Shown one piece after another: positions 1 to 10,243 of a DNA stretch of 58,154 bases. The notes under the pieces are model-generated. The model saw only the letters and a list, made by a program, of their open reading frames with translations. It did no database searches and was not told where the DNA came from. The DNA is from Fibrobacteria bacterium (lineage in GTDB: Bacteria > Fibrobacterota > Chitinivibrionia > Chitinivibrionales > FEN-1185), in assembly GCA_037447435.1 (NCBI GenBank), contig JBBIGR010000033.1:1-58154 (forward strand). Direction: 5' to 3'. A program made the position numbers and the translations under genes. The first letter of the stretch is position 1, and each line of letters opens with the position of its first letter.

Positions 1-52
1 CAATACACACAATTAAAAACAAAAAACTGTAAACATTTTTTAGGACTTGACC
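1..52 (-). mobile_element. Probable IS256-family terminal inverted repeat at the contig edge
   Basis: The minus strand from 52 reads GGTCAAGTCCTAAAAAATGTTTACAG, which resembles the IS256 IR as I recall it (GATAAAGTCCGTATAATTGTGTAAAA). The sequence turns abruptly AT-rich and interrupts an ORF. Confidence 0.45.
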
Positions 53-382
53 GGCAGCCCGCCCCTCGACGAACCAGGTACCCAACGGCTTTATCCTGTT
101 GGTTGGCCCTATGATTTTTTCACACAGGTATACATTTTTAAAAACCTTCGGATAATTGACAAAATCAAGGGTCACAGCGCTCATTTCGGGAACCGACGAC
201 GCGAAATTCCAGACGCCCCATGCCTTGCACACGATGGGTGTGTCGCTATACTGCCTGAAATCGACATAATTTCTGCAACCCTCCGAAAGTTGCTTTTCGA
301 TAAACGAATAATCGAAGGGTTTGCTTGCACAAAACCCCAGGGCGGCTATGGTAAAAAGAATTGCACCTATCAGTCGCAACAT
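53..382 (-). pseudogene. Secreted SRPBCC/START-like protein, N-terminal part, interrupted by the IS end (not in the ORF track)
   Basis: ATG at 382 with a GAGGA RBS. Signal-like MLRLIGAILFTIAALGFCAS, then a START-like segment VTLDFVNYPKVFKNVYLCE. The frame stays open to the window edge. Confidence 0.55.
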
Positions 383-568
383 CGTTGAGTCCTCTTCATC
401 GTGTGGGCTATCATGGTTGAAAATAGTTTGTTTGCAGATACAATGACCTATACGGTTGATAGAAATGTAAGGAGTGAGTTTGAAAAAGCGGAATTTTATA
501 GCGTGACCGTTGAAACCGTTATGAAAGCCGGATTTGACACATACTATGTTTGCGCAAGGAAATAATTT

Positions 569-600
569 CAAGGGGCCCTAAAAGGCCCCTTGCTTTTTTA
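569..600. terminator. Stem-loop / intrinsic terminator
   Basis: CAAGGGGCC-ctaaaa-GGCCCCTTG followed by a T-run on +, just beyond the radical SAM stop codon. Confidence 0.6.
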
Positions 601-605
601 TAAAA

Positions 606-1955
606 TTATGCCGGTACTGCTGCGGGAATAAGCGGCAGCGGGACAACGGGTTCAACATCGAACAAATCCTTCATAAGAACCGGTAGCCTCGCAGAATCGA
701 TTTTAACGCTGCTTCGGGTACCGATATTCATTGCCAGATATAAAAGCGGATGCGATAAATTAAATGGAAGGTTTTTTAGTATCGTCGGAATTTTTGTAAA
801 CTCACGTTTTACCCATAATACGCCTTCCTGTAATTCATAGGGAGTCATATTTTTCGGTTTAAATACGACGGTGGAATGGTCGTAATAACGCCAATCGTTG
901 GAAAGCAATCGCCCTTCTTCCTTGAATTGCCGGTATATTTTCGTACCGGGATACGGCGTAAGAATATTATATGAAGCGGTGCAGATTTTATTTTTCTGCA
1001 TGAATTCGAGCGTATCGGCAAAAATTGCCGTTGTATCGGAATCGAAGCCGAATACGAAAGAAGCGTGAAAATGAATACCGAGCCCTTTGACCGTTTTGAC
1101 AGCCTCGCCCATTTTTTCGATATCTTTGATCGATTTCCTCATGGTTTTGAGTTGGGCCATTGAAACGCTTTCCAATCCGAAGAACAATGCGGCGCAACCG
1201 CTGTCGGCGGCCAATTTCATGAGTTCGATGTCGTGGACAAACGATACCGACGCCTGGCCGACCCATTTTATCTTATACGGTTTGATGGCTTCGAAAAGTT
1301 TTTTTGCATATGCCGGTTCGCCGATGATATTATCATCGAGAAATATAAAAACCTTGTGACCGGATTCACGGATATCGCGCACAACATTTTCGATAGGTGC
1401 ATGCCGGATTTTTTTTCCGTACAAATCGGAAACGCAACAGAAATCGCAGCTGTAGGGGCAACCGCGGGTGGTCATGATCGGCACAACGTCGAACAGCCGT
1501 TTTTTAACGGTTTTACGGTGGTCCATTTGTATGTATCTGTCAAGAGACAGAACAGGCTGCTTATACAACGGCTTAAGTGCGTTGTTTTCCAAATCCTCCA
1601 AAACCATTTCCCAGGTACTTTCCGCCTCGCCGGCAACCACCGCATCCGCATATTGCATTGCCTCGTCGGGTAGGATGGTCGGGTGTACTCCGCCGATAAT
1701 GACTTTTTTTCCGCGTTTTTTAAATTCTTTCGCAAGCACATAGGCTCGCGGAGCATTCGCCGTCATGCAACTCAAGCCCACGACATCACAATCTTCATCC
1801 ATATCGATGGTCTGGGTTTCTTCTTCGATCAGTTTCACCGTGTGCTTCGCAGGAGTAAGTCCTTTGAGAATATGGAGGGCTAGCTGCGGAATCATGAGGC
1901 CCGAAGGTGTTTTTGAATCCGGATGAACACTAGGACTGATTAATAATATTTTCAA
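606..1955 (-). CDS. B12-binding domain radical SAM protein (class B-like)
   Basis: N-terminal cobalamin-binding region (VIIGGVHPT, GEAE) and TRGCPYSCDFC. The likely start is TTG at 1955, after an AAGGGG RBS. Confidence 0.9.
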   Translation of the reverse strand: MKILLISPSVHPDSKTPSGLMIPQLALHILKGLTPAKHTVKLIEEETQTIDMDEDCDVVGLSCMTANAPRAYVLAKEFKKRGKKVIIGGVHPTILPDEAMQYADAVVAGEAESTWEMVLEDLENNALKPLYKQPVLSLDRYIQMDHRKTVKKRLFDVVPIMTTRGCPYSCDFCCVSDLYGKKIRHAPIENVVRDIRESGHKVFIFLDDNIIGEPAYAKKLFEAIKPYKIKWVGQASVSFVHDIELMKLAADSGCAALFFGLESVSMAQLKTMRKSIKDIEKMGEAVKTVKGLGIHFHASFVFGFDSDTTAIFADTLEFMQKNKICTASYNILTPYPGTKIYRQFKEEGRLLSNDWRYYDHSTVVFKPKNMTPYELQEGVLWVKREFTKIPTILKNLPFNLSHPLLYLAMNIGTRSSVKIDSARLPVLMKDLFDVEPVVPLPLIPAAVPA

Positions 1956-2288
1956 AGCAAGGCCCCTTTTATATTTTAAGGTGGATAAGCCTATTCCGTT
2001 GCTTATCAACTGGATAGTTTAGCTGAAATCATATCTACGCGTCCGGAGGAGATATTTTATAGATTGACACTAAGGCATCAGAAATCGGTTGGCTTAAAGG
2101 CAAAAGAATAAATTTCGATGAATGAAGCAAAAGGCCGGTAATCCGATGGAAGGCTTTTGCGAAGTGCATAAAATACAAGCTCAATATATGTTTGACTGGA
2201 ATGATAGGGTTAGATAATAAAAGGAATAGTATTTTTCGTGAAAACCCTTCAACCCGGTATTCTTGACTTTTTAGAAAAGAATTACAAC

Positions 2289-3431
2289 ATGTCACAAGGC
2301 GATATTGGCCCGGAACGGTTTACGCTTGCAGACGGCCCCAGTGGTAAATCGGGCAGAATTCTCGAGTTCAGTGGGAACAGAGAGTTTCAAATCGAGCTGC
2401 GAAAAAGGGTCGACAACTTCTTTATTGACAAAGGCACACTGAGAACCGGCGGGCTGAAAATGCATGTTAAAACCGCCTGCGCGCTTTTGTTTTTTATTAC
2501 AAATTATTACCTGCTGGTTTTTGTTGCCACGAATATGTGGCTCGGTGTCGTTCTGGCAATATCGTTTGGATTGGCCATGGCAGGAATCGGGTTCAATATC
2601 CAGCATGACGCAGGGCACAATGCCTATTCACAATCACGAAGAATCAATAAACTCATGGCATTGACCCTCGACCTGATCGGCGCAAGTTCATATGTGTGGC
2701 ATTACAAGCATTCGGTGATACATCATACCTATGTCAATATTGCAGGGTACGATACCGATATTGATGTGAGTATTTTCGGCAGACTGTCACCGCATCATCC
2801 CCGGTATTGGTTTCACCGTTGGCAACATCTTTACTTATGGTTTCTTTACGGTATTTTGGCGATAAAATGGCAATTCTTCGACGATTTTAAGTACTTGATA
2901 AGCGGCGGCATCGGAAAACACCATTTGCCGCGCCCGAATCGCGGGGACCTGGTACGCTTCATTTTAGGAAAAGCTCTTTTTTACTCTTGGGTGCTTGCCA
3001 TTCCCCTTATTTTCCATCCGGTAGGCATTGTCTTTTTTTACTTTTCCATCGCCCTGGTGGTGTGCGGCATCGCCATCAGCGTCGTATTCCAACTCCCCCA
3101 TTGCGTTGGTGAATCGGAATTTCCCATACCGGATCCCGTTACCAGGAAAATCGCAAGACCATGGGCAGAGCATCAGGCACGTGTCACGCTTGATTTCGAT
3201 AAAAGCAACCGCATCCTGACCTGGTTTTTCGGCGGACTCAACTATCATGCTGAACATCATCTATTTCCCATGATTTGTCATACGCATTATCCCGCCATTT
3301 CACCCATTATCGAGCAAACATGCAAGGACTTCGGCGTACCATACTTATCGCATAAAACATTCTGGACAGGTATAAAATCGCATTATTTGTGGTTGAAGGA
3401 GATGGGCAAAAAGGCCTCACCCGCCGAATGA
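2289..3431 (+). CDS. Membrane fatty acid (acyl-CoA/linoleoyl-CoA-type) desaturase
   Basis: Three His boxes (HDAGH, HSVIHH, HAEHH) and transmembrane segments. Confidence 0.9.
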   Translation: MSQGDIGPERFTLADGPSGKSGRILEFSGNREFQIELRKRVDNFFIDKGTLRTGGLKMHVKTACALLFFITNYYLLVFVATNMWLGVVLAISFGLAMAGIGFNIQHDAGHNAYSQSRRINKLMALTLDLIGASSYVWHYKHSVIHHTYVNIAGYDTDIDVSIFGRLSPHHPRYWFHRWQHLYLWFLYGILAIKWQFFDDFKYLISGGIGKHHLPRPNRGDLVRFILGKALFYSWVLAIPLIFHPVGIVFFYFSIALVVCGIAISVVFQLPHCVGESEFPIPDPVTRKIARPWAEHQARVTLDFDKSNRILTWFFGGLNYHAEHHLFPMICHTHYPAISPIIEQTCKDFGVPYLSHKTFWTGIKSHYLWLKEMGKKASPAE

Positions 3432-3463
3432 TACCGACGGTACGCCTTAACCTGACCTCGGCC

Positions 3464-3490
3464 CACCCCTCTCAGTTTGCGGAGAGGGTG
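3464..3490. repeat. REP-like hairpin
   Basis: Intergenic inverted repeat CACCCCTCTC...GAGAGGGTG. Confidence 0.45.
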
Positions 3491-3668
3491 AAATTAGAAC
3501 AGCTCCGTTTGCAAATCCATAAGCAAAAGACATTCGGCTTGATCGCACTTGCCTGGAAAAATACTGGAACAATACCATTCCCAAAGAAATCCCTTTGAAA
3601 GTTTGACTGAAGCCGGATGTATTGGTATAATGAGGCGTCATGCCATCATTTCACCGGGGAAATTATTC

Positions 3669-4793
3669 ATGCCCGATCATCCTGAAAAAATAGGCAGATA
3701 CGTCATCGAAAAACTGCTCGGCAGCGGTGCAATGGGCAAGGTTTATCTTGCGTATGATCCGATTTTAGGCCGCACGGTTGCAGTCAAGATCGTGGCCATC
3801 GACCCAAGAATTCAAACCGAGGCAAGGGGCGATTATCTTGCCCGCTTCAGCGCCGAGGCAAAGGCTTCGGCGAAGCTTAATCATCCGTCAATTGTACAGG
3901 TTTACGATGCCGGCGAGGAAAACAACGAGCCATGGATCGCATTTCAATTCGTCGAGGGTGAAACGCTTGAGAAAATCCTTTCACAACGGCTCAGGCTCAC
4001 GCTGCGCAGGGCATTGCTTTTTGCAATCGATATTGCCTCCGCTTTGCAGCAGGCGCACGGCTGGAACATCATCCATCGGGATGTAAAACCGGCGAATATT
4101 TTAATCGAACGCAAAAGCGGCATAGCCATGCTTGCCGATTTCGGCATCGCACAGGCGCAATGGAGCCTGCCGGTGAAAGACGGCACCGCCATCGGATCAC
4201 CGGGATATATGTCGCCCGAACAAATAGACGGAAAAGAAGTTGATCAACGCTCGGACCTTTTTTCCCTGGGCATCGTATTGTATCAAATGGTAAGCGGCGA
4301 AAACCCGTTTTTACGAAATACGATCGAGGCAACCATGGACGCGACCTGTCGCGGCAATTATAAACCGCTGCATGAAATACTTCCAGAAATCCCCAAACAG
4401 GTGGATGCTGCGGTGCGGCGATGCCTTTTTACAAACATCAAGATGCGGATGCGCTCGGCAGCGGAACTTGCCGACCTGCTCAGACCGCTTGTTCCGGAAG
4501 AAAACACATTGGGTACGGCGAAAAACAAACCGACGGCGACAACGCAGGTCATCGTGGAAAGCAGGGCGAGCAAACAAGGAGCCGGCGCATCGACGAAAAT
4601 GAGCAAGGTTTTTTACCGGCTAAAAATCATGCGGTGGTATGTTACGGTTTCCGATGCCCTGAAAAAAATGTTTGCAGACATTGTAGGCCGCAAGGAATTA
4701 TTTAAAGGAGAGGCGTTTGAAGAATTTACCGGCAAGGGAAGCTCATTGATAAAACGATCGGTCCTTTGGGTAAAAGCCAAATTCGAAAAATAA
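3669..4793 (+). CDS. Hanks-type Ser/Thr protein kinase
   Basis: LGSGAMGKVY, VAVK, HRDVKPAN, DFG and GSPGYMSPEQ motifs. Likely start ATG 3669. Confidence 0.93.
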   Translation: MPDHPEKIGRYVIEKLLGSGAMGKVYLAYDPILGRTVAVKIVAIDPRIQTEARGDYLARFSAEAKASAKLNHPSIVQVYDAGEENNEPWIAFQFVEGETLEKILSQRLRLTLRRALLFAIDIASALQQAHGWNIIHRDVKPANILIERKSGIAMLADFGIAQAQWSLPVKDGTAIGSPGYMSPEQIDGKEVDQRSDLFSLGIVLYQMVSGENPFLRNTIEATMDATCRGNYKPLHEILPEIPKQVDAAVRRCLFTNIKMRMRSAAELADLLRPLVPEENTLGTAKNKPTATTQVIVESRASKQGAGASTKMSKVFYRLKIMRWYVTVSDALKKMFADIVGRKELFKGEAFEEFTGKGSSLIKRSVLWVKAKFEK

Positions 4794-4832
4794 CAGCGCT
4801 CCCCTTTTTGCCATCAAAGGTTTTTACAACGA

Positions 4833-5639
4833 ATGAATAATAAAACCAATGTCTGCGTATTGGCAAGTACAAGCTCGGGCAATTGCACGGTCATCTGGAA
4901 CGATTCGGTCTCGATATTGGTCGATTGCGGAACGCGGGTTTCCTATACGGAAGAGGAACTCGCGAAGCTCGGCTTGTCGATCCGCGATCTTTCGGCGGTT
5001 TTTATTACCCATTGTCACGGCGACCATGCAAACCCCTATACCGTGAAACGACTGGTTGAACACAAGGTCCCAATTTACTGTAATGTCAAGGTAGCAAAAG
5101 AATTAAAAAAGATCCATCCCGTTTTAGCCGCCAAAGACAGTCCGCTGGTTCCCTATACAAAAGATAATGGGGATTGCGAAGGGTTTGAGTACGAAGCATT
5201 CAACGTGCCGCACGATTCGAAAGGCGGCTGCTTCGGCTATTCTTTTTTTCTGAATACCCATAAAGTCAGCATTGCAACCGATATCGGGTTTATCGAACCG
5301 GACCATATAGAAAAATTCGCCGATTCGAATATCATTATCATTGAATCGAATCACGACGTGACAATGCTTGCCGAATCGAAGCGCCCCCAATGGCTCAAGG
5401 ACCGCATCGTCAAAACCGGCCACTTGTCGAATGATCAATCCGGCGATTTCATACGGGATGTTCTTTCCGCATCAAAAAGCATTCCCAGCGCAATAGTGCT
5501 CGCGCATATCAGCCAGGAATGCAATACTAATGCCCATGCAAAAAACCGCATGCGGGATTCGCTTGCCTGTGCGGGGAAACATCACGTTGAAGTCATCGAA
5601 ACGTACAAGGAAAAACCGAGCAGCATCGTATCGGTTTAA
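4833..5639 (+). CDS. MBL-fold metallo-hydrolase (YycJ/WalJ-like)
   Basis: LASTSSGN, THCHGDH, ESNHD, GHLSN and LAHIS motifs. Confidence 0.88.
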   Translation: MNNKTNVCVLASTSSGNCTVIWNDSVSILVDCGTRVSYTEEELAKLGLSIRDLSAVFITHCHGDHANPYTVKRLVEHKVPIYCNVKVAKELKKIHPVLAAKDSPLVPYTKDNGDCEGFEYEAFNVPHDSKGGCFGYSFFLNTHKVSIATDIGFIEPDHIEKFADSNIIIIESNHDVTMLAESKRPQWLKDRIVKTGHLSNDQSGDFIRDVLSASKSIPSAIVLAHISQECNTNAHAKNRMRDSLACAGKHHVEVIETYKEKPSSIVSV

Positions 5640-5669
5640 TCGCCTTTTCACAGAGATTCATCGATTCAT

Positions 5670-8591
5670 TCAATTTCGCACGATACCGCTTTTTGCTATT
5701 TCGTAAAGAAGCCGTACCGCTATTTGCGGATCCGATTTTTTAGAATATCTTTGCCACAACTCCATGACCACATCGTTTTTCCGTTCGTAAATGGCGCATA
5801 GCATCGCCAGGGGCAGAAAGAAGCTTTCGTGCTCGGCAATGTCGCTTGTTTGAGCAAGGTAATACGATGCGATCGAATAACAGGTCGCGTAGTCTCTCCC
5901 GTTTATCGCGGTATACAATTCTAAAGATCGCCTAACATCCGGGATTTGACTTCCCGGCCCCGCGTTCGCTCCGGCAAAGGCGATAATATCGGCTATTTCG
6001 TCGCAGGACAAAACCGGAAGGCATATGGACATGATTCCGTTCAGGGCAGTTATCCACCGGACGGCATTGTCCACGATTGTATTGCTGTCCAACCCGATTG
6101 GTTGCTGCAAGACAAAAAGCAGGTTACCGTCGGCACTATTTGCCGCTTGGAGCCGACCGTCCTTTGCAATGCAGAAATCGTGAATTGCCGTTGCACGCGC
6201 GCCTGATTGCGAGCCTTTGGCATACAGGGATTTTCCGTATATTCGGCGGTTTTCGAGCATGTTTATTATCGGCAGCCGCATAAACCGCAGACTATACAGT
6301 TTTTCGAAGCAATCGTTTTTCCCGGTAATTGCCGACTCGAAAGCCCGTTGGTCGAGCACCGGGAAATAATCGGAATTGGGCGCGATGTCATAGGAATGAA
6401 AAAGCGGATCCAAAGACTTCCTACCGCCGAGATAATGAAAACGAAAATCGGAAATGGCATCGATGGAGTTTTCATGAAGAAAATAGGATGGCCCGGGCCT
6501 GGAAAAAACAGAGTCGTTTATTTTTTCCAAACTCACGTCGTTTCCCGCAACAATGATCATGAATTGGCCGGAATAATAAATTGCATAGTCGGAAAAGCTT
6601 TCGGACAATGCGGTAATAATTGATGCCAAAAGCGGCATACTTGTCGAATGCATCCACTGGACAAAGACGCCGTTTTGCAAAATATGGGAACGCATCATGG
6701 CATAAAATTCTTTTGAAAATAGCCCGGCAACGCCGCTCACCCATACATAACTTATGTCGGCAACGACTATGTCGTATTGCTTATTTTTCCACGCGAAAAA
6801 CGAACGGGCGTCCTCGACGTACGGGTGAACGCGTTTATCATTGTAAACTCCTTGTACCCAGCCGCCCAAAAACAACGATCCCTCGTACATCCGCTTTTCG
6901 ATTTCGATAATGTCTACGCTGCGTATCGAAGTGTCGGACAAAAAGACCCGCGCATTATAGCCGGTCCCCACACCGAAGGTGGCAATGGATTTGGGGGCGA
7001 TTGTCATTGCCATCGGGATGGTCGCCAAAAGGGTTGCATTTTGGGAAATGACATTCGGAACAACGCCGAGGGTCCCGACATTCATGCCGTTTGTGCAGAT
7101 GCCGTTTGTATTGTCTTTTGCGTAATGCACCACATCGACGGTTGCGGTTTTTCCGTCTTTATGAAAAATCACTTTATTCATTGTGTCCCAAGGTCCTTCG
7201 GTGAAAACCTGGTTTGCCATTTTTGCGGTATCGAGTTTAATGCCGAACACGCAAAACGCAATTGCCGCCAGCGAACATACTGCTAAAACGAAAAAGGCTT
7301 TTTCTCTTTGCCTTAACAGGAAAAGGCCCAAAGCGATATCGATTCCTGCACCAATAATAATGAGGTTTTTAAGCCCGAAAACGGGAAGTATGAATTGCAC
7401 GGCAATAAGTATTCCGAGAATGGCGCCTATGGTGTTTGCGGCATACACCGAACCTATCGATTTTTCGCCGGCATTATTTTCGAGCAAGTGAAACGTGATA
7501 AGCGGCAAGGTCATTCCGGCGCAAATCGTTGCGGGAAGCATGACGAAATACGCCACGGCCTGGCTTGACAATTGCAACACCAGGAAGCGGTGCGGCGCAT
7601 TCCCGACGGCACCCAGCAACGCCTGCATCATATCGAAAGTGTTATTATAGAACACGATAGTTACAAGAGAGAATAACCCCATCAGCAATTGCACAATACT
7701 CAGGACAAACGGCGTGTTCGAAATAGTGTCGATTTTGAATCGGATGAAAAAGCTGCCCACTGCAAGGCCAAATATAAACGCGCTCAGCATGAGTTCGAAT
7801 GCATGGGTGTAGGAACCCAATACAAGCCCGAGCATGCGGATCCACCCTATTTCGTACATGAACGAGGAAGCACCCGTGAGAGCGGAAACGAGTAAAAACG
7901 CCCGTATCGGTTTCTGAGGTCCGATAGTATTCGAAAGCGAGTTCTGGGGCACGGCATATTGTTGTAATTCGCCTTTTCTCCCGATTAAAATCCAAACGCC
8001 GAACGCAATGGCGATATTGAGCGCCCCGGCAATGGCGATGGTACCGGGATATCCGGCTATGCCAATAAGAAAATAGCCGCTCATTAAAACGCCGATTGCG
8101 CCGCCGAAGCTGTTTGTAAAGTACAGCCCGGCCAAAGACTCTCCGGGTTTACATGGAAATTTCCGCAACACGCCGCCGCTCATGAGAGGAAATGTGGCGC
8201 CGAGCAAAACGGATTGCGGCACTATGAGGATCGCGGATAGAAGCCATTTGTAAATATGCAGGCCGGATTCAAAAGAAACATGAGGAATTATCGTTTGGTA
8301 GGAGACCTTTACAAGACCGGTAAAAACCGGATGAAAAACAAAAGCGAGGACTCCGATTCCCGCTTCACAAACTGCATACCAAAAAAGAGGATTTTTAAGG
8401 CCGGGACCGAGTTTTGAAACAGCATACGCACCGATCGCCATTCCGCCCATGTAAATCATGAGCACCAGTGTTTGGGCGTAGGCGGCATGGCCTAAAAAAA
8501 GCTTGAGATAATGGCTCCAAACCGATTCGTAAATTAACCCCGAAAAACCGGAGACCGCAAACAGGATGAAGTATATAAGCCTTTTATTCAT
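5670..8591 (-). CDS. Fused MFS-like membrane / spermidine synthase-like protein
   Basis: SGFSGLIYE and GATFPL repeated membrane halves, followed by a SAM-binding domain (GVGTG, IEIE, EDAR, LFSKEFY). Confidence 0.85.
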   Translation of the reverse strand: MNKRLIYFILFAVSGFSGLIYESVWSHYLKLFLGHAAYAQTLVLMIYMGGMAIGAYAVSKLGPGLKNPLFWYAVCEAGIGVLAFVFHPVFTGLVKVSYQTIIPHVSFESGLHIYKWLLSAILIVPQSVLLGATFPLMSGGVLRKFPCKPGESLAGLYFTNSFGGAIGVLMSGYFLIGIAGYPGTIAIAGALNIAIAFGVWILIGRKGELQQYAVPQNSLSNTIGPQKPIRAFLLVSALTGASSFMYEIGWIRMLGLVLGSYTHAFELMLSAFIFGLAVGSFFIRFKIDTISNTPFVLSIVQLLMGLFSLVTIVFYNNTFDMMQALLGAVGNAPHRFLVLQLSSQAVAYFVMLPATICAGMTLPLITFHLLENNAGEKSIGSVYAANTIGAILGILIAVQFILPVFGLKNLIIIGAGIDIALGLFLLRQREKAFFVLAVCSLAAIAFCVFGIKLDTAKMANQVFTEGPWDTMNKVIFHKDGKTATVDVVHYAKDNTNGICTNGMNVGTLGVVPNVISQNATLLATIPMAMTIAPKSIATFGVGTGYNARVFLSDTSIRSVDIIEIEKRMYEGSLFLGGWVQGVYNDKRVHPYVEDARSFFAWKNKQYDIVVADISYVWVSGVAGLFSKEFYAMMRSHILQNGVFVQWMHSTSMPLLASIITALSESFSDYAIYYSGQFMIIVAGNDVSLEKINDSVFSRPGPSYFLHENSIDAISDFRFHYLGGRKSLDPLFHSYDIAPNSDYFPVLDQRAFESAITGKNDCFEKLYSLRFMRLPIINMLENRRIYGKSLYAKGSQSGARATAIHDFCIAKDGRLQAANSADGNLLFVLQQPIGLDSNTIVDNAVRWITALNGIMSICLPVLSCDEIADIIAFAGANAGPGSQIPDVRRSLELYTAINGRDYATCYSIASYYLAQTSDIAEHESFFLPLAMLCAIYERKNDVVMELWQRYSKKSDPQIAVRLLYEIAKSGIVRN

Positions 8592-8631
8592 CCTGGAAAA
8601 TTATTTTATTCAAGTTGGCAACCGGTAGGTA

Positions 8632-9735
8632 TTATCGCAGGTTCTGAAAAACGCGGTTGCAGGAAAAGGTTTCACCCTTCACCTGAACGATAAACAGGCC
8701 TTTGGACAAATTCGAAGGCATTTGCAAAACATGAATTCCTTTTGCAAGAACGACGTTAGAGCTCGCCCGATCGATTATTTGACCGGCCGCCGTGTACAGT
8801 GCAATGGAAACCTCCCCGCCACGCGCCAGGCATAGCGCGATCTTATTATCATGGGTAAATGAAATCGCCTGCAGTTGAGATTGTCTGCCGCCCAAACCGT
8901 GCAAAGCTTCGGTTGTCGATCTTTTGATGTCCACATCAATCGCGGCTTCGCTGTTTTTATAACTGAATATTGTTGAAGCAATGACGGTAACAACGGAATC
9001 CATTTTATTGGTCACCGCGACGCCAGCAAATTTCGTTTTGGCACTTTTGCCCGGCAAAAGGGAATCCAGAGCAATAAGCGCCGCACATACCCTGTTTTGT
9101 CCAAGCGCAAAAAACGTGTCGGCCCGTATGCCGATCATTTTCAAATCAAATTGACATCCAGGAGTATACGGATAAGGAATTGAATGCGTGCTTTTATTTT
9201 GTACGGTATAGGATGCAAAAATACTGTCCCCGACCGAATAGTTTTTTTTATCGGTTGAAACCGTGAACGAAAGACTGTCGTTTGAAGTTATTGCGGTGTT
9301 TGAAAAAGAGATTTCAAGATTAAAATCGACCATGCTTGCCTGTGCATCGGCAAGGACGATATCCTGCAAGTCAGAAGCGGCATATTCGGGGTGCAATGAC
9401 GATTTTATGGAAAAAGTGTCGCGGTCATTTGCGAGCGGCACACTGTCGAATGAATAATGCCCGTTTTTATCGGATACGGCCTGATAGCGGAAAATCGTTT
9501 TGCTTTTATCCGGAAGCCCGAGCGGACCGGCAAGGCTTAACGTACAATTAGGCAACGGCGCAAGCAACCCGGTGCAAAGCGGTTTACCGTTAAGATACAG
9601 GCAATTTCCATGAGAATAAACGGTACCTTTGACCTGTGAAACCGGTCCGGCGAAAACAGCAGAAAAGATACACAACTTTGAAAGGATTATAACGGCAACG
9701 GTTGCCGCCAGTCGTTGATAGTTTGTATATTCCAC
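8632..9735 (-). CDS. Secreted protein with Ig-like (BsuPI-like) domains and a T9SS-type C-terminal domain
   Basis: GTG start after GGAGG, signal peptide, STDKKNYSVGD...GCQFDL Ig-like domain, C-terminal LSKGLFIVQV. Confidence 0.7.
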   Translation of the reverse strand: MEYTNYQRLAATVAVIILSKLCIFSAVFAGPVSQVKGTVYSHGNCLYLNGKPLCTGLLAPLPNCTLSLAGPLGLPDKSKTIFRYQAVSDKNGHYSFDSVPLANDRDTFSIKSSLHPEYAASDLQDIVLADAQASMVDFNLEISFSNTAITSNDSLSFTVSTDKKNYSVGDSIFASYTVQNKSTHSIPYPYTPGCQFDLKMIGIRADTFFALGQNRVCAALIALDSLLPGKSAKTKFAGVAVTNKMDSVVTVIASTIFSYKNSEAAIDVDIKRSTTEALHGLGGRQSQLQAISFTHDNKIALCLARGGEVSIALYTAAGQIIDRASSNVVLAKGIHVLQMPSNLSKGLFIVQVKGETFSCNRVFQNLR

Positions 9736-9755
9736 GACAATACCTCCGGTCATTA

Positions 9756-10148
9756 TCATTTCGTAATTTCGTTCCCCGCATAAATCCATTCCCTGATTCC
9801 GCCTTTAATATTGTAAACGTTTTTAAAACCGTGGCGGATAAGAACGCGCGATGCTATCAGGCTTCGGTTTCCGGTATGGCAATATACGACAATGGGCGAT
9901 TCCTTGTATTTGGCAATGACATTCAAACTATCGGCAAGGTCTTGAGAAGGAAGCAGCAATGCATTGGGAATATGGCCTTCGTTGAATTCGAGAGTAGTCC
10001 GGACATCGAGAATAAGCGGTTTTTCGGTATCGATGATTTCCTTTGCCTTTGCCGCAGAAACGGTTTTGAATCCCGAATTTCCGCAGGAAACCGATACAAT
10101 CAGGCATGACACGACAAAGGCTTTGAGAATGAGACTGATAGCTTTCAT
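9756..10148 (-). CDS. Rhodanese-like domain lipoprotein
   Basis: LDVRT, GHIPNA, active-site YCHTGNRS, and lipobox VSC. Confidence 0.9.
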   Translation of the reverse strand: MKAISLILKAFVVSCLIVSVSCGNSGFKTVSAAKAKEIIDTEKPLILDVRTTLEFNEGHIPNALLLPSQDLADSLNVIAKYKESPIVVYCHTGNRSLIASRVLIRHGFKNVYNIKGGIREWIYAGNEITK

Positions 10149-10243
10149 ACGACTTACCCCCTAAATAGGTTATTTGAGACAGTTAGTCGGTATTCCAACC
10201 ACGGAAGTTCATTTTTATTGGGGATGCTTACGAATACAATATA

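Noticed and set aside
47..388. Plus-strand 113-aa ORF
   Set aside because: It is the shadow of a minus-strand gene that has an RBS and a signal peptide.
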